Both the position numbers and the translations under genes were made by a program. A stretch of 64,000 nucleotides of DNA from Cyanobacteria bacterium auto_48_18 (GTDB lineage Bacteria > Cyanobacteriota > Vampirovibrionia > Obscuribacterales > Obscuribacteraceae), in the NCBI GenBank assembly GCA_036170915.1, contig JAVHQC010000022.1, forward strand, positions 64,001-128,000, given 5' to 3'. Shown in pieces: positions 41,500 through 51,360 of this stretch. Every line of letters begins with the position of its first letter. Position 1 is the first letter of the stretch. The notes below the pieces were generated by a model. It worked only from the letters and a program-made list of their open reading frames with translations, made no database searches and had not been told where the DNA came from.

Positions 41500-42426
41500 A
41501 TGCCAATGCCTGTTCTCGCCGTACTAGTTTTCACCTGTGTAGTGGCAAGCTGCGTACTGGTGCTCAGGCCGGTATTCGGCACTTACGTAGACAACTACGG
41601 CGTACGTATTCGCCCTCGCAAAGAAAAAGAAGACAGCGCTGCTGAGAAGCCAAAAGATTCGATTATTTTGAAACTGGCCGAGTTCGTTGGACAGTTTTCG
41701 CTTTCATTGATGCCTGCACTGGCCGACAAAAGAACAGTTCAACTGTTGAACATGGCCAATTACCGTACACCACATCACATGGCGATCTTCATCGGCGTTA
41801 AAGTGATGCTGGTTGGTACCGTTCTGGTGATGACTTTCCTTGCTGCCACCACTAACCCAATCATGTTACTGGGCGGATTGATTGGTGCCATCCCTACCTG
41901 GATTTTGCCTAACTTCTTCCTCGCCAGCCGTGTTAAACAGCGTCAAGATCAAGTTTTAAAAGAGTTGCCGATCATCATCGACTTGATGATTGTATGTGCC
42001 CAAGCCGGTCTTGGTATGATGCTCGCCATCGACAAAGTATCAAAAGAAGTGCACATGTCTTGCCCGATTTTGAGCGTCGAGTTGCAGCAACTGATTTCAG
42101 ACGTAAAAGTGTTCGCCAAATCAGTACCCCACGCACTGCGTGAGATGGGTGAAAGATGCGGCGTAGACGAATTGATCAACATGGCATCAGCCTTGATTGC
42201 AGCAGAAGCAAAAGGTGCCGACATGTCGTATCCATTGCGTCAACAAGCCTCAGCATTGAGAGACAGACTGAAGCGTAAGAAAGAAGAAGAAGCCGGTAAA
42301 GTGCCGGTCAAAATGGTTCCGGTAATCATGATCTTCGTTATGCCACTGATTCTTTGCCCCATGCTTGGACCAGCCGTTGTCACCATCTTGAACGCTGTGG
42401 GACCAATTATGGCGGGCACCAAATAA
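41500..42426 (+). CDS. tadC: Tad inner-membrane platform protein TadC
   Basis: ELP..IDLM..CAQAGL, EEEAGKVPVKM, LGPA. Confidence 0.9.
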   Translation: MPMPVLAVLVFTCVVASCVLVLRPVFGTYVDNYGVRIRPRKEKEDSAAEKPKDSIILKLAEFVGQFSLSLMPALADKRTVQLLNMANYRTPHHMAIFIGVKVMLVGTVLVMTFLAATTNPIMLLGGLIGAIPTWILPNFFLASRVKQRQDQVLKELPIIIDLMIVCAQAGLGMMLAIDKVSKEVHMSCPILSVELQQLISDVKVFAKSVPHALREMGERCGVDELINMASALIAAEAKGADMSYPLRQQASALRDRLKRKKEEEAGKVPVKMVPVIMIFVMPLILCPMLGPAVVTILNAVGPIMAGTK

Positions 42427-42430
42427 ACCT

Positions 42431-42793
42431 GTGATTAGATACGTCAATAAGACAAAAAACACAGTACTTGCCGAACGTGTACGCTACGCAAAAACATTTA
42501 TGAGCAGACTCAAAGGTCTGCTCGGCACTTCGGCGCTATCTGATGGCGATGGACTCTTAATTGCACCTTGCAGCAGCATTCACATGTTTGGCATGAAATA
42601 CGCCATCGATTGCGTTTTTCTTGATAAACACAACACTGTTGTTGGTCTGGTAGAAAACATTCAGCCCGGCAAAATGTCGAAGACTTTCAGTAATGCCAGC
42701 CAGTGTCTGGAATTGCCTGCCGGTAAGATTGCCCGCACCGGCACAACGGTGGGCAATGCTCTTACCGTAGAAAACACCACTTCTGGCGTTTAA
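42431..42793 (+). CDS. DUF192 family protein
   Basis: RLKGLLG, SIHMFGMKYAID, LELPAG. Confidence 0.9.
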   Translation: MIRYVNKTKNTVLAERVRYAKTFMSRLKGLLGTSALSDGDGLLIAPCSSIHMFGMKYAIDCVFLDKHNTVVGLVENIQPGKMSKTFSNASQCLELPAGKIARTGTTVGNALTVENTTSGV

Positions 42794-42830
42794 TTTAACG
42801 GGTTTGTCATAACTGGTGCTAAATGTGGTG

Positions 42831-44216
42831 TCACTTGCTGTCGCCGGCAATCTCGCTCGTTTGCTCTGATGAAATGGCACATGCTTCATGGCGCAGGCAG
42901 ATGCCATGCAACAAACATAGAAAGACATTGATGAAAGCGAATGGCAAAGTGATGCAAGCTTCGCCGAGAATATTTTTGCCGGGTGCGCACATGAAGATTG
43001 CCCAACCCATCGGCGCGTAGAGCAACATGATGATTGTCAAAATTTCTTCGGGCCAGAAAAATGTTTTTGTTTCGAGCGAAAGATAGCGGCTATAAAGGCT
43101 TGCCGACAGACTCGATGGCATAGTGAGCAAGACCGGCACGCAGAGTAGGATGCAGTCATATATATTTGTGTGGGGGCTAGTGGTCAGACAGACACATACG
43201 GTCAGCGCCACCAAACGGGCTGTCAAATCTGGGCGGTTTCGACCAACTTTGTACCAGAGAACAAATAAGGCTGCCATGGCCGCAAGACCAAGATAGGACG
43301 TTATTTGCATGGCTGCATGCGGATTGCTGAACAGGCAGAATATGGCGCGCAAATTAACCATCTGTTCAGGAAAGACACCACTGTAAAGCGAAGTTTGATC
43401 TGCAAACAAAACGATTTTCGGAAAGTCGGTAATGTTTTTCATGCCTACTGTGGCTACCGCCATGGCCAGAAGAATGGCTTCTCCAGCAGCAGCAGCGGCA
43501 AGTATGCGCCAGCGAAAAGTAGCCATGGCTGGAATAGCAAGGAAAATGCAGTACTGCGGTTTTATTGCGGTAAGAGCCAGTGTTAACCCGGCAAACCAGT
43601 CTAACTTTTTGCTCTGTCGCAAAAACAGATAAAAATAGAGGGCAATCAAACCTAGCAAATAGAGGCTGAACTGACCAAGTGCATAGGCGCGAAACATTGG
43701 AATGGAAGCGAAAATCGCGAGCCAGAGAGTAAGAAAATTGAGGGCTTTGTGAAAAAATTTGCTCTTGCGCGAAAGTAGCCAGGTTGAGGCAATGGCGAAA
43801 ACTAAGCCAAGAGTCCAGTAAATGTGAAAAGCCTGACTCATGGGAAGTAGTGCCAGCGGCTTCATCAGCGGAAAATTTATGGGTGGATAAGCAATATACT
43901 CAATTGGTTTTTTTGGATCGGTTAGCGAATATTCGGTTAAGTATTTTTGCTGTAGATTAGCGTCGTAAACATTGGCTCGAACATAATCGTCTCCAGAAGC
44001 CATTTTGCCGCAGATATAATATTTGCTGAAATCAAGAAAGAGCATGTAGCTTTTTGCTCGCATGCTGTCGAATTCGTTTTTTGACCAGACAGTACCTTGT
44101 GCAGTGAGAAAAACAATGGCTATGCAAGCAATGACAGCAATATTGCCGGCGTCAAAGCAACGCACCAACCCACGCCATTTCAGTAGTGGAGGTCGCTCTT
44201 CACTGTTACTTTGCAT
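42831..44216 (-). CDS. Glycosyltransferase family 87 (DUF2029)-like membrane protein
   Basis: DFSKYY, YPP, GQ, IKPQ, SPHTNIYD. Confidence 0.8.
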   Translation of the reverse strand: MQSNSEERPPLLKWRGLVRCFDAGNIAVIACIAIVFLTAQGTVWSKNEFDSMRAKSYMLFLDFSKYYICGKMASGDDYVRANVYDANLQQKYLTEYSLTDPKKPIEYIAYPPINFPLMKPLALLPMSQAFHIYWTLGLVFAIASTWLLSRKSKFFHKALNFLTLWLAIFASIPMFRAYALGQFSLYLLGLIALYFYLFLRQSKKLDWFAGLTLALTAIKPQYCIFLAIPAMATFRWRILAAAAAGEAILLAMAVATVGMKNITDFPKIVLFADQTSLYSGVFPEQMVNLRAIFCLFSNPHAAMQITSYLGLAAMAALFVLWYKVGRNRPDLTARLVALTVCVCLTTSPHTNIYDCILLCVPVLLTMPSSLSASLYSRYLSLETKTFFWPEEILTIIMLLYAPMGWAIFMCAPGKNILGEACITLPFAFINVFLCLLHGICLRHEACAISSEQTSEIAGDSK

Positions 44217-45210
44217 TAACTTGACTCGAAATTTTCAAATGCGCCTTTTGCTCATGCCACCACTGGTAAGTTTTGCTCAAGCCGCTGTCAATATCGGTTT
44301 CTGCCTGCCAGCCAAAATGCTCTTTCGCTCTCTGGCAACATTCTTTGTGTCTCATTACTTCGGCCTTGCGATACTCGCTGGTGCCAATTCCGGTGGCGCC
44401 TTCATATCGACAGAGCCTTGCTATTTTTTCGGCCACATCTTTAAGTTTGCTTTCGGTGGAAGATCCTAGATTGAAAATCTGGCCAGTCAAGTCAGGGCGA
44501 AGACCAAGTATGGAGAGTGCTTCGATACAATCATCGACATAGACAAAATCACGCGTCTGCTCCCCCGGGCTCAGCGCCGGTGAGTGTCCGCTTAAATAGC
44601 TGCTGAACAAATAAGGAATCACCATGCCGCTGGCCTGGCCGGGACCATAGACCACTGAAGGTCTTGTGATGATCACAGGCAAATTGAATGCCTGGTGCTC
44701 GGCGACTAGAAACTGCGAACACGATGCTTTTGCTGCTGAATATGGAGATATTGGCGCCAGCATCTGATCTTCTTTGAAGGGAATTGCACCGCCGCCGTAT
44801 TCTTCAGAAGAACCGACGTGCACGAGCAAGGGCATATTGTCTAACTGCAGAATTGCTTGAGCCAGATTGACGGTGCCACCAAATGTGACGCGCACCTGCT
44901 CAGGTAATCTGGCGGCGCTGCGGTCGCCCGCCGGTAGTGCCGCTAAATGGAAGATTACCTGTGGTTTGATCTTGTTGAGAACCGTAGAAACCTGCTCGGC
45001 ATCACTGACGTCGAGCGTAATTGGTTTTATGTTTTTATTTTCGGTAAATGGATTATCGCTTTTTATTTGCCGAGCGCCACAGTACACCTGGGCCCCCTGC
45101 TGCGCCAGCCGTTGGGCCAGGTGCCTGCCCAGAAAGCCAGTGCTGCCAGTAATTAAAACTACGATGTTGAGATAATCGCTGATGTTTTTACTCTTTTATC
45201 TGTCGCTCAT
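44206..45210 (-). CDS. NAD-dependent epimerase/dehydratase; N-terminus interrupted by an in-frame TAA (possible pseudogene or non-canonical start)
   Basis: ITGSTGFLG lies upstream of the ORF-track start; YSAAK; RDFVYVDD; ATG at 45210 reads M-S-D-R-stop in the same frame. Confidence 0.8.
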
Positions 45211-45260
45211 TAACTAACCGCTATAGACTCTTTTACCAGAAAACACCGCTGTTATCACTC

Positions 45261-45896
45261 TTAAGTGGCTGGCATTTGTGCAGCCTTAAAGTCTTTGCGA
45301 TATCGGTTCTGGAAGACAATGATGAATATATTGGAGAGCCAATAGGGCATCCAGGCGCAAGAATTTATAATCAGCTGACAATCTTCTTTCTTTAAAACCG
45401 CAAGAGCTCTAATGATCGCCTCTCTGGTGATTTTCTTTTTGCCTAGCTGCCACAGTGATCTAACTACGGTGCCAGCTCGATCATCTTTGAGTTGCATCTT
45501 TTTATGACAGGCCGTGCGCAAATTGATGGTTTGGTGTCTCTCTATTACTCGGAACTTGCTTGTTGCACCGTTGACAATAAAAGTGGGCTCTGCAGTCTTT
45601 TCGATTTTGAGCCCCATGTCCGCAGCAGCATTAGCGCCGTGCTGGAGGATTCTTTTGCCAAACGACTTGGCTTTTAAGGTGGCAATTTCTAAATCAGAAT
45701 AATGAGGTCTCCTTGTCAGTGCGCAAACAAACATGCCCCGCACAATACGCACCAACAAGCCTTCTTTGACCAGTCTAGCTAGTGCCTGATCAACGTTGTA
45801 TCTTAGGCCTACGCCAAGGCAATCTCTTGTCGTAAAAAGGGTTCCGGGTGGGAGAGATCGATAGTATCGAACTATCTTAGCGCGGCAGCTGTCCAT
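45261..45896 (-). CDS. DUF6088 / AbiEi-like (type IV TA antitoxin-like) wHTH protein
   Basis: GTLFT..D, VDQALARLVKEGLLVRIVRGMF, GANAA..GL; AGGAGG SD. Confidence 0.8.
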   Translation of the reverse strand: MDSCRAKIVRYYRSLPPGTLFTTRDCLGVGLRYNVDQALARLVKEGLLVRIVRGMFVCALTRRPHYSDLEIATLKAKSFGKRILQHGANAAADMGLKIEKTAEPTFIVNGATSKFRVIERHQTINLRTACHKKMQLKDDRAGTVVRSLWQLGKKKITREAIIRALAVLKKEDCQLIINSCAWMPYWLSNIFIIVFQNRYRKDFKAAQMPAT

Positions 45897-46197
45897 AACG
45901 AACCTCCTTCAATCGGTGGATTAAGGTAGTGGTTCTTTGTAATACGTTTTTTTGCGGGGGGAAGTTCAATTCGCGTGCAAAAAAGTTCATTGGATCGTTG
46001 CGGCCGATGGGGGCAAGGGTTGGTGTTCTGTTGTTTTTGAGAAAATTCTGTAGGGGGACTTTCGGCCGAAAATCTGACAATTTTTGCCCAGTTAATTTTG
46101 TAAGAAAAATGGCCGAAGATCCCAGCGTATCGATTACTCAAATCAAAGCCAGGCCAGCACCCGCAGCCCCAAGCCAATAGTGAACCAAACCCCCTCG

Positions 46198-46947
46198 CTA
46201 TTCCGAAGAGCGCTTGGCTGAGACCCCTTGCAACCGTTTTCGCATAGCAAACATGTTGCCGAGAAATTCAAAAATTGTAGACATGCGCACGTTTGATTGG
46301 CCGCCCGCACGTTGCTTAAAAACAACTGGTACTTCTTCAATAGAAAAGCCAAGCTTTCTCGCTGCCAACATCATTTCAGCGTCAATGAACCAATCATTGC
46401 TGGTTAGCCCAAGTTGCCGCAAAGCCTTGCGTCTTAGTATCTTTGGCTTGCCGTTTATGTCATTGCAAATTGAGCCAAAGAACATTTTAAAAAGAAAGTT
46501 GTATCCCGTAGTTATTATCAAACGTTTGAAACCGTCTTCTCTTTTTACTCTGACAACTTTGACGATCTCAGCGTTTGAAATTTTTGCGGCGTTAAAAACT
46601 TTAACTACGTCTTCTGCCGAGATTTGTTCGTCTCCATCAATGTAACCAACAAGTTCGCCCCGTGCGGCCTCTAGCCCTGCTCGAATGCCGGCGCCATAAC
46701 CATGATTTTCAGCCAGGCTGACCAGCACAAGCTCGTGGTTGATAGCCGCTAGCGCTTGCGCCAACACGGGAGTTTGATCCAGGCAGCCATTGAGCACAAC
46801 TACCAATTCAAAAGCGTCCCCCGGAAAACTGCTTCGAAAGCGGCTCAGCAAGTTGGTAATCATGTTTTCTACATTGTCTTGCTCGTTGTAGCAAGTTGTG
46901 ACAATGGAGAATTTTAGTTCAAGACTTTCCAGCTTTTCACTGGGCAT
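46198..46947 (-). CDS. GT2 glycosyltransferase (DPM1-like)
   Basis: CYNEQ, NHGYG, DGD, FIDAEM. Confidence 0.88.
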   Translation of the reverse strand: MPSEKLESLELKFSIVTTCYNEQDNVENMITNLLSRFRSSFPGDAFELVVVLNGCLDQTPVLAQALAAINHELVLVSLAENHGYGAGIRAGLEAARGELVGYIDGDEQISAEDVVKVFNAAKISNAEIVKVVRVKREDGFKRLIITTGYNFLFKMFFGSICNDINGKPKILRRKALRQLGLTSNDWFIDAEMMLAARKLGFSIEEVPVVFKQRAGGQSNVRMSTIFEFLGNMFAMRKRLQGVSAKRSSE

Positions 46948-48598
46948 TTTTGTTCTCTATGGCTGGTTCTGGAGCAAAAGAATATTCGCTCACCTCATAT
47001 GAACTTGCCCGGCCGGAGTACAACTTTGTCACTCCAATCTTGTGTAGTTTTTGCTGTAAGAATATTTCAAACTTATCAGTCACTTCCCGAGTAGGCATTT
47101 TGATTGAACTCGGCTTGTAAGTGTCCCGTATGAACACGATTTTTTCAAAACCCTGTTCTTTGTATTTGGCTAGCTTGCCCTCATAGACGGTCAAAATATT
47201 AGGATCGTGCCACCATGCGGCACGGTTTGCGTGGCGGGGTGGCAGAAGACCTGAATAAGGATCCGCGAAACCAAGTAATTCGGGCATCTCAGCCTGAGCG
47301 CATTCATGCTTCAAGTAGTAAACAAGAATAATGCCTACAAAGTCTGGAGCGGTTATAAATGCTGATTTGCCAAATTTGCCGCTGCTGATATCGCGAGCCA
47401 GAAGCCGCAATCCAGAACAATCTTGTCCGGCGCGGGCTATTGTTTCTAGCGCGCTCATGGACGCCATGGCCACAAGCGAGGCAATCAGGCAGCCTTTAAG
47501 TACTTTTTGTTTTGACTGGTTCAACTCACTTTCAAAATGTGGCCGCAATAAAGTTACGGCAAAGAGTGCCAGCAACACCCAACACGTGCAGGCTACCGGT
47601 GTCATATAGCGCACATAACCAAATATGTAAGGCGTGATAAAGCCAAATAATGAACACGATGCCGCCAGGCAGGCTGCTAATGTAACGATGCGTCCGTCGC
47701 TAACAATATGCTTTACTGACTGCCATATCTGTTTTGGTCTGAGCACCACCGCCAGGGCCAGCACAGTCGGAAAGACTAGGCTGACAAGCAAATAACCAGC
47801 TACCACAGGTAGTGGCAATGTGGCGCTTAAATTGCTGGCAAATACTGTGAGAAATTGGCTGATGGGCGTCACGTCAGCCCAGGGTGTGCCAACGCCGCGG
47901 TGATGATTGAGCACCGGCCACCAGAATAGCAACGGAATTACGGGAGCAGCCAGTGCCGGAATGGCATAAAGTGATTTGTTGTTTGACTGCTGACGGTAAA
48001 TGATAGACGCCAGGCCCATAATGCCAATGTACAAAACAGAGATATAGTGCGTCATCACCAGTAATGAACAACTGAGGGCCAACATTAATCCAGCGGGCAC
48101 GCTCGCTTTGCCATTCAAAAAACGCATGAATAGCGCCAGAGCAGACGCAGTGAGAAATCCGGCCACGGCATAGGTGCGTGCTTCATGGCTGTAAATGATG
48201 GCTAAAATTGAGATTGTGGCGAAGAAGGCAGACAGTAATCCAGTGGCGCTTTTGCCGCAGTTATCAGAGCCGGCCGCTTCCTTGCCTAGCAAATAGACAA
48301 CAGGAATGGTGAGCACACTAAAAATCAAAGAGGGCAGTGCCATCACAACTGAGTTAAAGCCCAGAAACATTGTGAACAATTTCAAAATGGAAAAATAAAC
48401 CGGCGGGCTCATTTCCACTTCTTTAATGCGGGTGACAAGATCGCCAAAATTTGAGGCTTCGACTACATAAGCGCTACAGGCGTCGTCAATGGTAACGCCG
48501 ATATTAAGAAGGGGAGCCCGCAGTGCGACGGCCAGACCCATCATTAATGCAACAACGAGCCAGTCTCTTTTATTATTGTTTTGGTCGGCAACGTTCAT
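46937..48598 (-). CDS. GT39/ArnT-like GT-C membrane glycosyltransferase
   Basis: DD after TM1, PPVYF, YSHEARTYA, THY. Confidence 0.82.
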   Translation of the reverse strand: MNVADQNNNKRDWLVVALMMGLAVALRAPLLNIGVTIDDACSAYVVEASNFGDLVTRIKEVEMSPPVYFSILKLFTMFLGFNSVVMALPSLIFSVLTIPVVYLLGKEAAGSDNCGKSATGLLSAFFATISILAIIYSHEARTYAVAGFLTASALALFMRFLNGKASVPAGLMLALSCSLLVMTHYISVLYIGIMGLASIIYRQQSNNKSLYAIPALAAPVIPLLFWWPVLNHHRGVGTPWADVTPISQFLTVFASNLSATLPLPVVAGYLLVSLVFPTVLALAVVLRPKQIWQSVKHIVSDGRIVTLAACLAASCSLFGFITPYIFGYVRYMTPVACTCWVLLALFAVTLLRPHFESELNQSKQKVLKGCLIASLVAMASMSALETIARAGQDCSGLRLLARDISSGKFGKSAFITAPDFVGIILVYYLKHECAQAEMPELLGFADPYSGLLPPRHANRAAWWHDPNILTVYEGKLAKYKEQGFEKIVFIRDTYKPSSIKMPTREVTDKFEIFLQQKLHKIGVTKLYSGRASSYEVSEYSFAPEPAIENKNAQ

Positions 48599-48663
48599 CT
48601 ACAGAGCTATAGTGCCCTACTCGGGCGAGATTAACACAGTGACTAGCAGGTCTATTTATATAA

Positions 48664-50211
48664 ATGCCAAAGCAGTTGATTCCAAATCCTAATTTTGCAG
48701 GTGCGCCCGAAGGATGGACTCTGGTGGATGCAAGCAAAATCTCAATCGGCCAAGGCAACTGTATCGAACTGAGCGGCCGTCGTGAAGGAGAAGAGCCATC
48801 GGGCGTAATAATGACGCTAGAAAATGTGCCAACTGAGCACGTGCTGAATTTTTCCTGTAGCCTTCGTCGCGCTGAGATTGCCGACATTACATCGATAACG
48901 ATAACCGCTTACGATGCGGAAAAAGCTTTTGTTAGAAGATGGCAAAGCTGCTGGTTCACAGTCACAGAGAAGTGGACTACATATGAGGCGATATTTGTAG
49001 CACCTTCAAAAACTCATACTTTGGAAATTGCTATTCACAATTTTAGTGAAACTCCTGCACTGGTTAGAAAAGTCCATCTAGTAGTGCGAAATCCCATTGT
49101 CAGGAATTTTGCAGACGGCAACGCAACCACTGTGCTGGAAGTAAATTATTTGTCTGCAGTATGTGCCAGGCCTGGTGAAACACATGGTAGCGTGACCTTT
49201 CCCATTCCCGGGCTTTATAGAGAACAAATACCTCTGTCTTTCGAAATTTCGTCGAATCCAAAGTCAGCGCTCAAGAGCTATAAGATCTATCCGCGCGAAG
49301 ATGGTATCAATTGGCTTTGCCAGGCTGATTTGACAGTGGGCCAGTCAGTAACAATCAATTGGAAAGCACTAGTTTTAGTGTCAGGCAGAAAAAACATCTC
49401 GCTGCGAAAAACGAGTGCACCACCGGCTAGAAAGGTGACCCAATGGTTGAGAAGCACTGTCTGTGTACAATGTGACGATGCCGCTATTAAGAAAAAGGCG
49501 AAGGCACTGGTTAACGGAATGGATGACGTCGAGACGAAAGTGCGAAAAATATTGGAATTTGTTGCCACCCAGTCTGGCGACGGTAGCGCGTATGAGTCAT
49601 TGGATGCAAAAACCGCTTTACGTGCAGGAGGTTCCTGTACAAGCCGTGCTAATCTGACTGCCGCTTTGCTTCGCGCCTGCGGCATTGCCGCGCGAACAAT
49701 CGCCCACATACCAGTTAGTAGCTACTGGTTTGACATGCACTGGCTAACCGAATATTGGCATCCAGGCCATGGTTGGGTATGGCTCGAAACTTCGTGGAAC
49801 GAATTCGAACCAGCGCCAAATCAATTAATCGTCGTAGCTGTAGCTACTGCCGATGACGAAGACAAAAGTTTAGACCCCGTATATCTGCGTACAATCATGC
49901 CAGGAGCTGCATATCTTTCCACTTGCCTGGTGTCACCTGAACTAACTCTCGGTTACGGCTTTCGGCAAAATTTTTCTATGATGCTAGGGGCGTTAAGTGG
50001 TACTGATCGCCAAATGGAGCAATTGAATTTGCAGGCTAAGCGCGCTTTTATCCAAATGACAAAATCCAACTTAGCGACCGCAAATGCTACGAGGCGGACA
50101 GAAGAAATAATGGAAGCTGCTCGAAGTGGTAAGGCATCGTTGCTGTCCGCAGCATTGATAAAGAGAAACCGCTCTGTGCGCCCTGCAACATTAGTGTCAA
50201 AACCCAATTAG
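48664..50211 (+). CDS. Transglutaminase-like domain protein with N-terminal galactose-binding-like module
   Basis: GSCTSRANL.AALLRACGIAAR, HWLTEYW...GWVWLE triad region; N-terminal NPNF..W beta-sandwich-like start. Confidence 0.8.
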   Translation: MPKQLIPNPNFAGAPEGWTLVDASKISIGQGNCIELSGRREGEEPSGVIMTLENVPTEHVLNFSCSLRRAEIADITSITITAYDAEKAFVRRWQSCWFTVTEKWTTYEAIFVAPSKTHTLEIAIHNFSETPALVRKVHLVVRNPIVRNFADGNATTVLEVNYLSAVCARPGETHGSVTFPIPGLYREQIPLSFEISSNPKSALKSYKIYPREDGINWLCQADLTVGQSVTINWKALVLVSGRKNISLRKTSAPPARKVTQWLRSTVCVQCDDAAIKKKAKALVNGMDDVETKVRKILEFVATQSGDGSAYESLDAKTALRAGGSCTSRANLTAALLRACGIAARTIAHIPVSSYWFDMHWLTEYWHPGHGWVWLETSWNEFEPAPNQLIVVAVATADDEDKSLDPVYLRTIMPGAAYLSTCLVSPELTLGYGFRQNFSMMLGALSGTDRQMEQLNLQAKRAFIQMTKSNLATANATRRTEEIMEAARSGKASLLSAALIKRNRSVRPATLVSKPN

Positions 50212-50221
50212 CCAGCATATT

Positions 50222-50561
50222 AAGTCGCAGTTAATTGCCACGGTGCTAGATCTCTTACCCTTCAGACAGCATCGTCCAGTATCCTTGCTAAGACTGCTTC
50301 GCCTGATAGTCTTTTAGCCTCGGCGATTTCGCTTGCGATTAGCGCACTGATTTCCAACAAAATTTGAGCGTAATCTTCTGGACTATCCAGGTATGCATTT
50401 ACAAAAAAGTTCGCGCCGTTTCCGTTTTCGACAGACCATACACGAATGAACTCATCTGCTTGAGTGGCTCCATCAAATGGCGGCGGCTTAAGCATCGTCG
50501 TAATCTCCCACCATTTTTTTTGATATTATCGAGAATCAATTTTTGACCAGCCGCTGCACTT
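50222..50561. repeat. Direct repeat 2, distal copy (~340 bp)
   Basis: Aligns to 51361..51701 with about 10 substitutions and one 2-nt deletion (manual). Confidence 0.95.
50262..50495 (-). pseudogene. Duplicate of DUF5076-like gene 51394..51636 with a C-terminal 2-nt frameshift
   Basis: Identical protein until ...ARILD, then DAV* instead of TMLSEG*. Confidence 0.75.
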
Positions 50562-50595
50562 TTACCGGATCCATGAGTTCTATCGCCCCTTAGTC

Positions 50596-51288
50596 TCAAC
50601 GCCTTCTTTGATGAAAAAAACAACGCATTGCCAGCTGAATGCGCAGGCGATCACAACCAAAGTCCACACAGGTTTCGGGCCCGCATTCGGGGCCTAGCAT
50701 CTCCCACATTCGAGCCCTGCCGGCGCGCTCTTTTTCTCGTTCTGTTCGCTCAACATTTTGCAGAGTTTCCTCCGAATAAAAAGACTCTATCAGCTCTTTC
50801 TTTTTCGCTGTAAAAAACATGCCGTGTGTATATGAAGCAAAACAATAAGGTTCCACCTCTTCAATAAACTTCCAGAAATCGGAATTGTCAGGATCTGCGT
50901 CCACACCAGCGAGACTCAGTCTTCCGGCAATCTCGCTTTTGCTTAGCGGCTCGTCGATCAGCATCAGTTCTATATCGGCCCCATAATTTATTACAGGTTT
51001 TTCTGTGATCACATCGGAAAGGGCACAGTGTTCAGCCACCACCTGCCAGCCAGGTTTTGAACCGAAACAGGCGGCAGCCCCTCCAAACCAGTCAAAGTAA
51101 GTCATGAGAATCCGAAAGGGAGTTTGAGGAAGCTCAATGCAATCGAGAAAATCCCACGTGTAATATGGAGTTATCCAATAAAAATCACCGTGCTGCCCTT
51201 GCTTATAATTGCATCGAAATGTCCAATCTTTTAGATTGAGCCAATCGTCCACCTCTGGAATTGGCAGGTATTTATTGGGATCATGCAT
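50596..51288 (-). CDS. Hypothetical protein with C-terminal Cys/His (CxxxxC...CxxH) motif; cargo between direct repeats
   Basis: 230-aa ORF ending GPECGPETCVDFGCDRLRIQLAMRCFFH. Confidence 0.7.
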   Translation of the reverse strand: MHDPNKYLPIPEVDDWLNLKDWTFRCNYKQGQHGDFYWITPYYTWDFLDCIELPQTPFRILMTYFDWFGGAAACFGSKPGWQVVAEHCALSDVITEKPVINYGADIELMLIDEPLSKSEIAGRLSLAGVDADPDNSDFWKFIEEVEPYCFASYTHGMFFTAKKKELIESFYSEETLQNVERTEREKERAGRARMWEMLGPECGPETCVDFGCDRLRIQLAMRCFFHQRRR

Positions 51289-51360
51289 ATTGGTTTAATC
51301 GGGCCTTTTACTAGACTCGCGCTTCAACAACAGTGCCAAAATCAAACTAGTCATCTTCTC

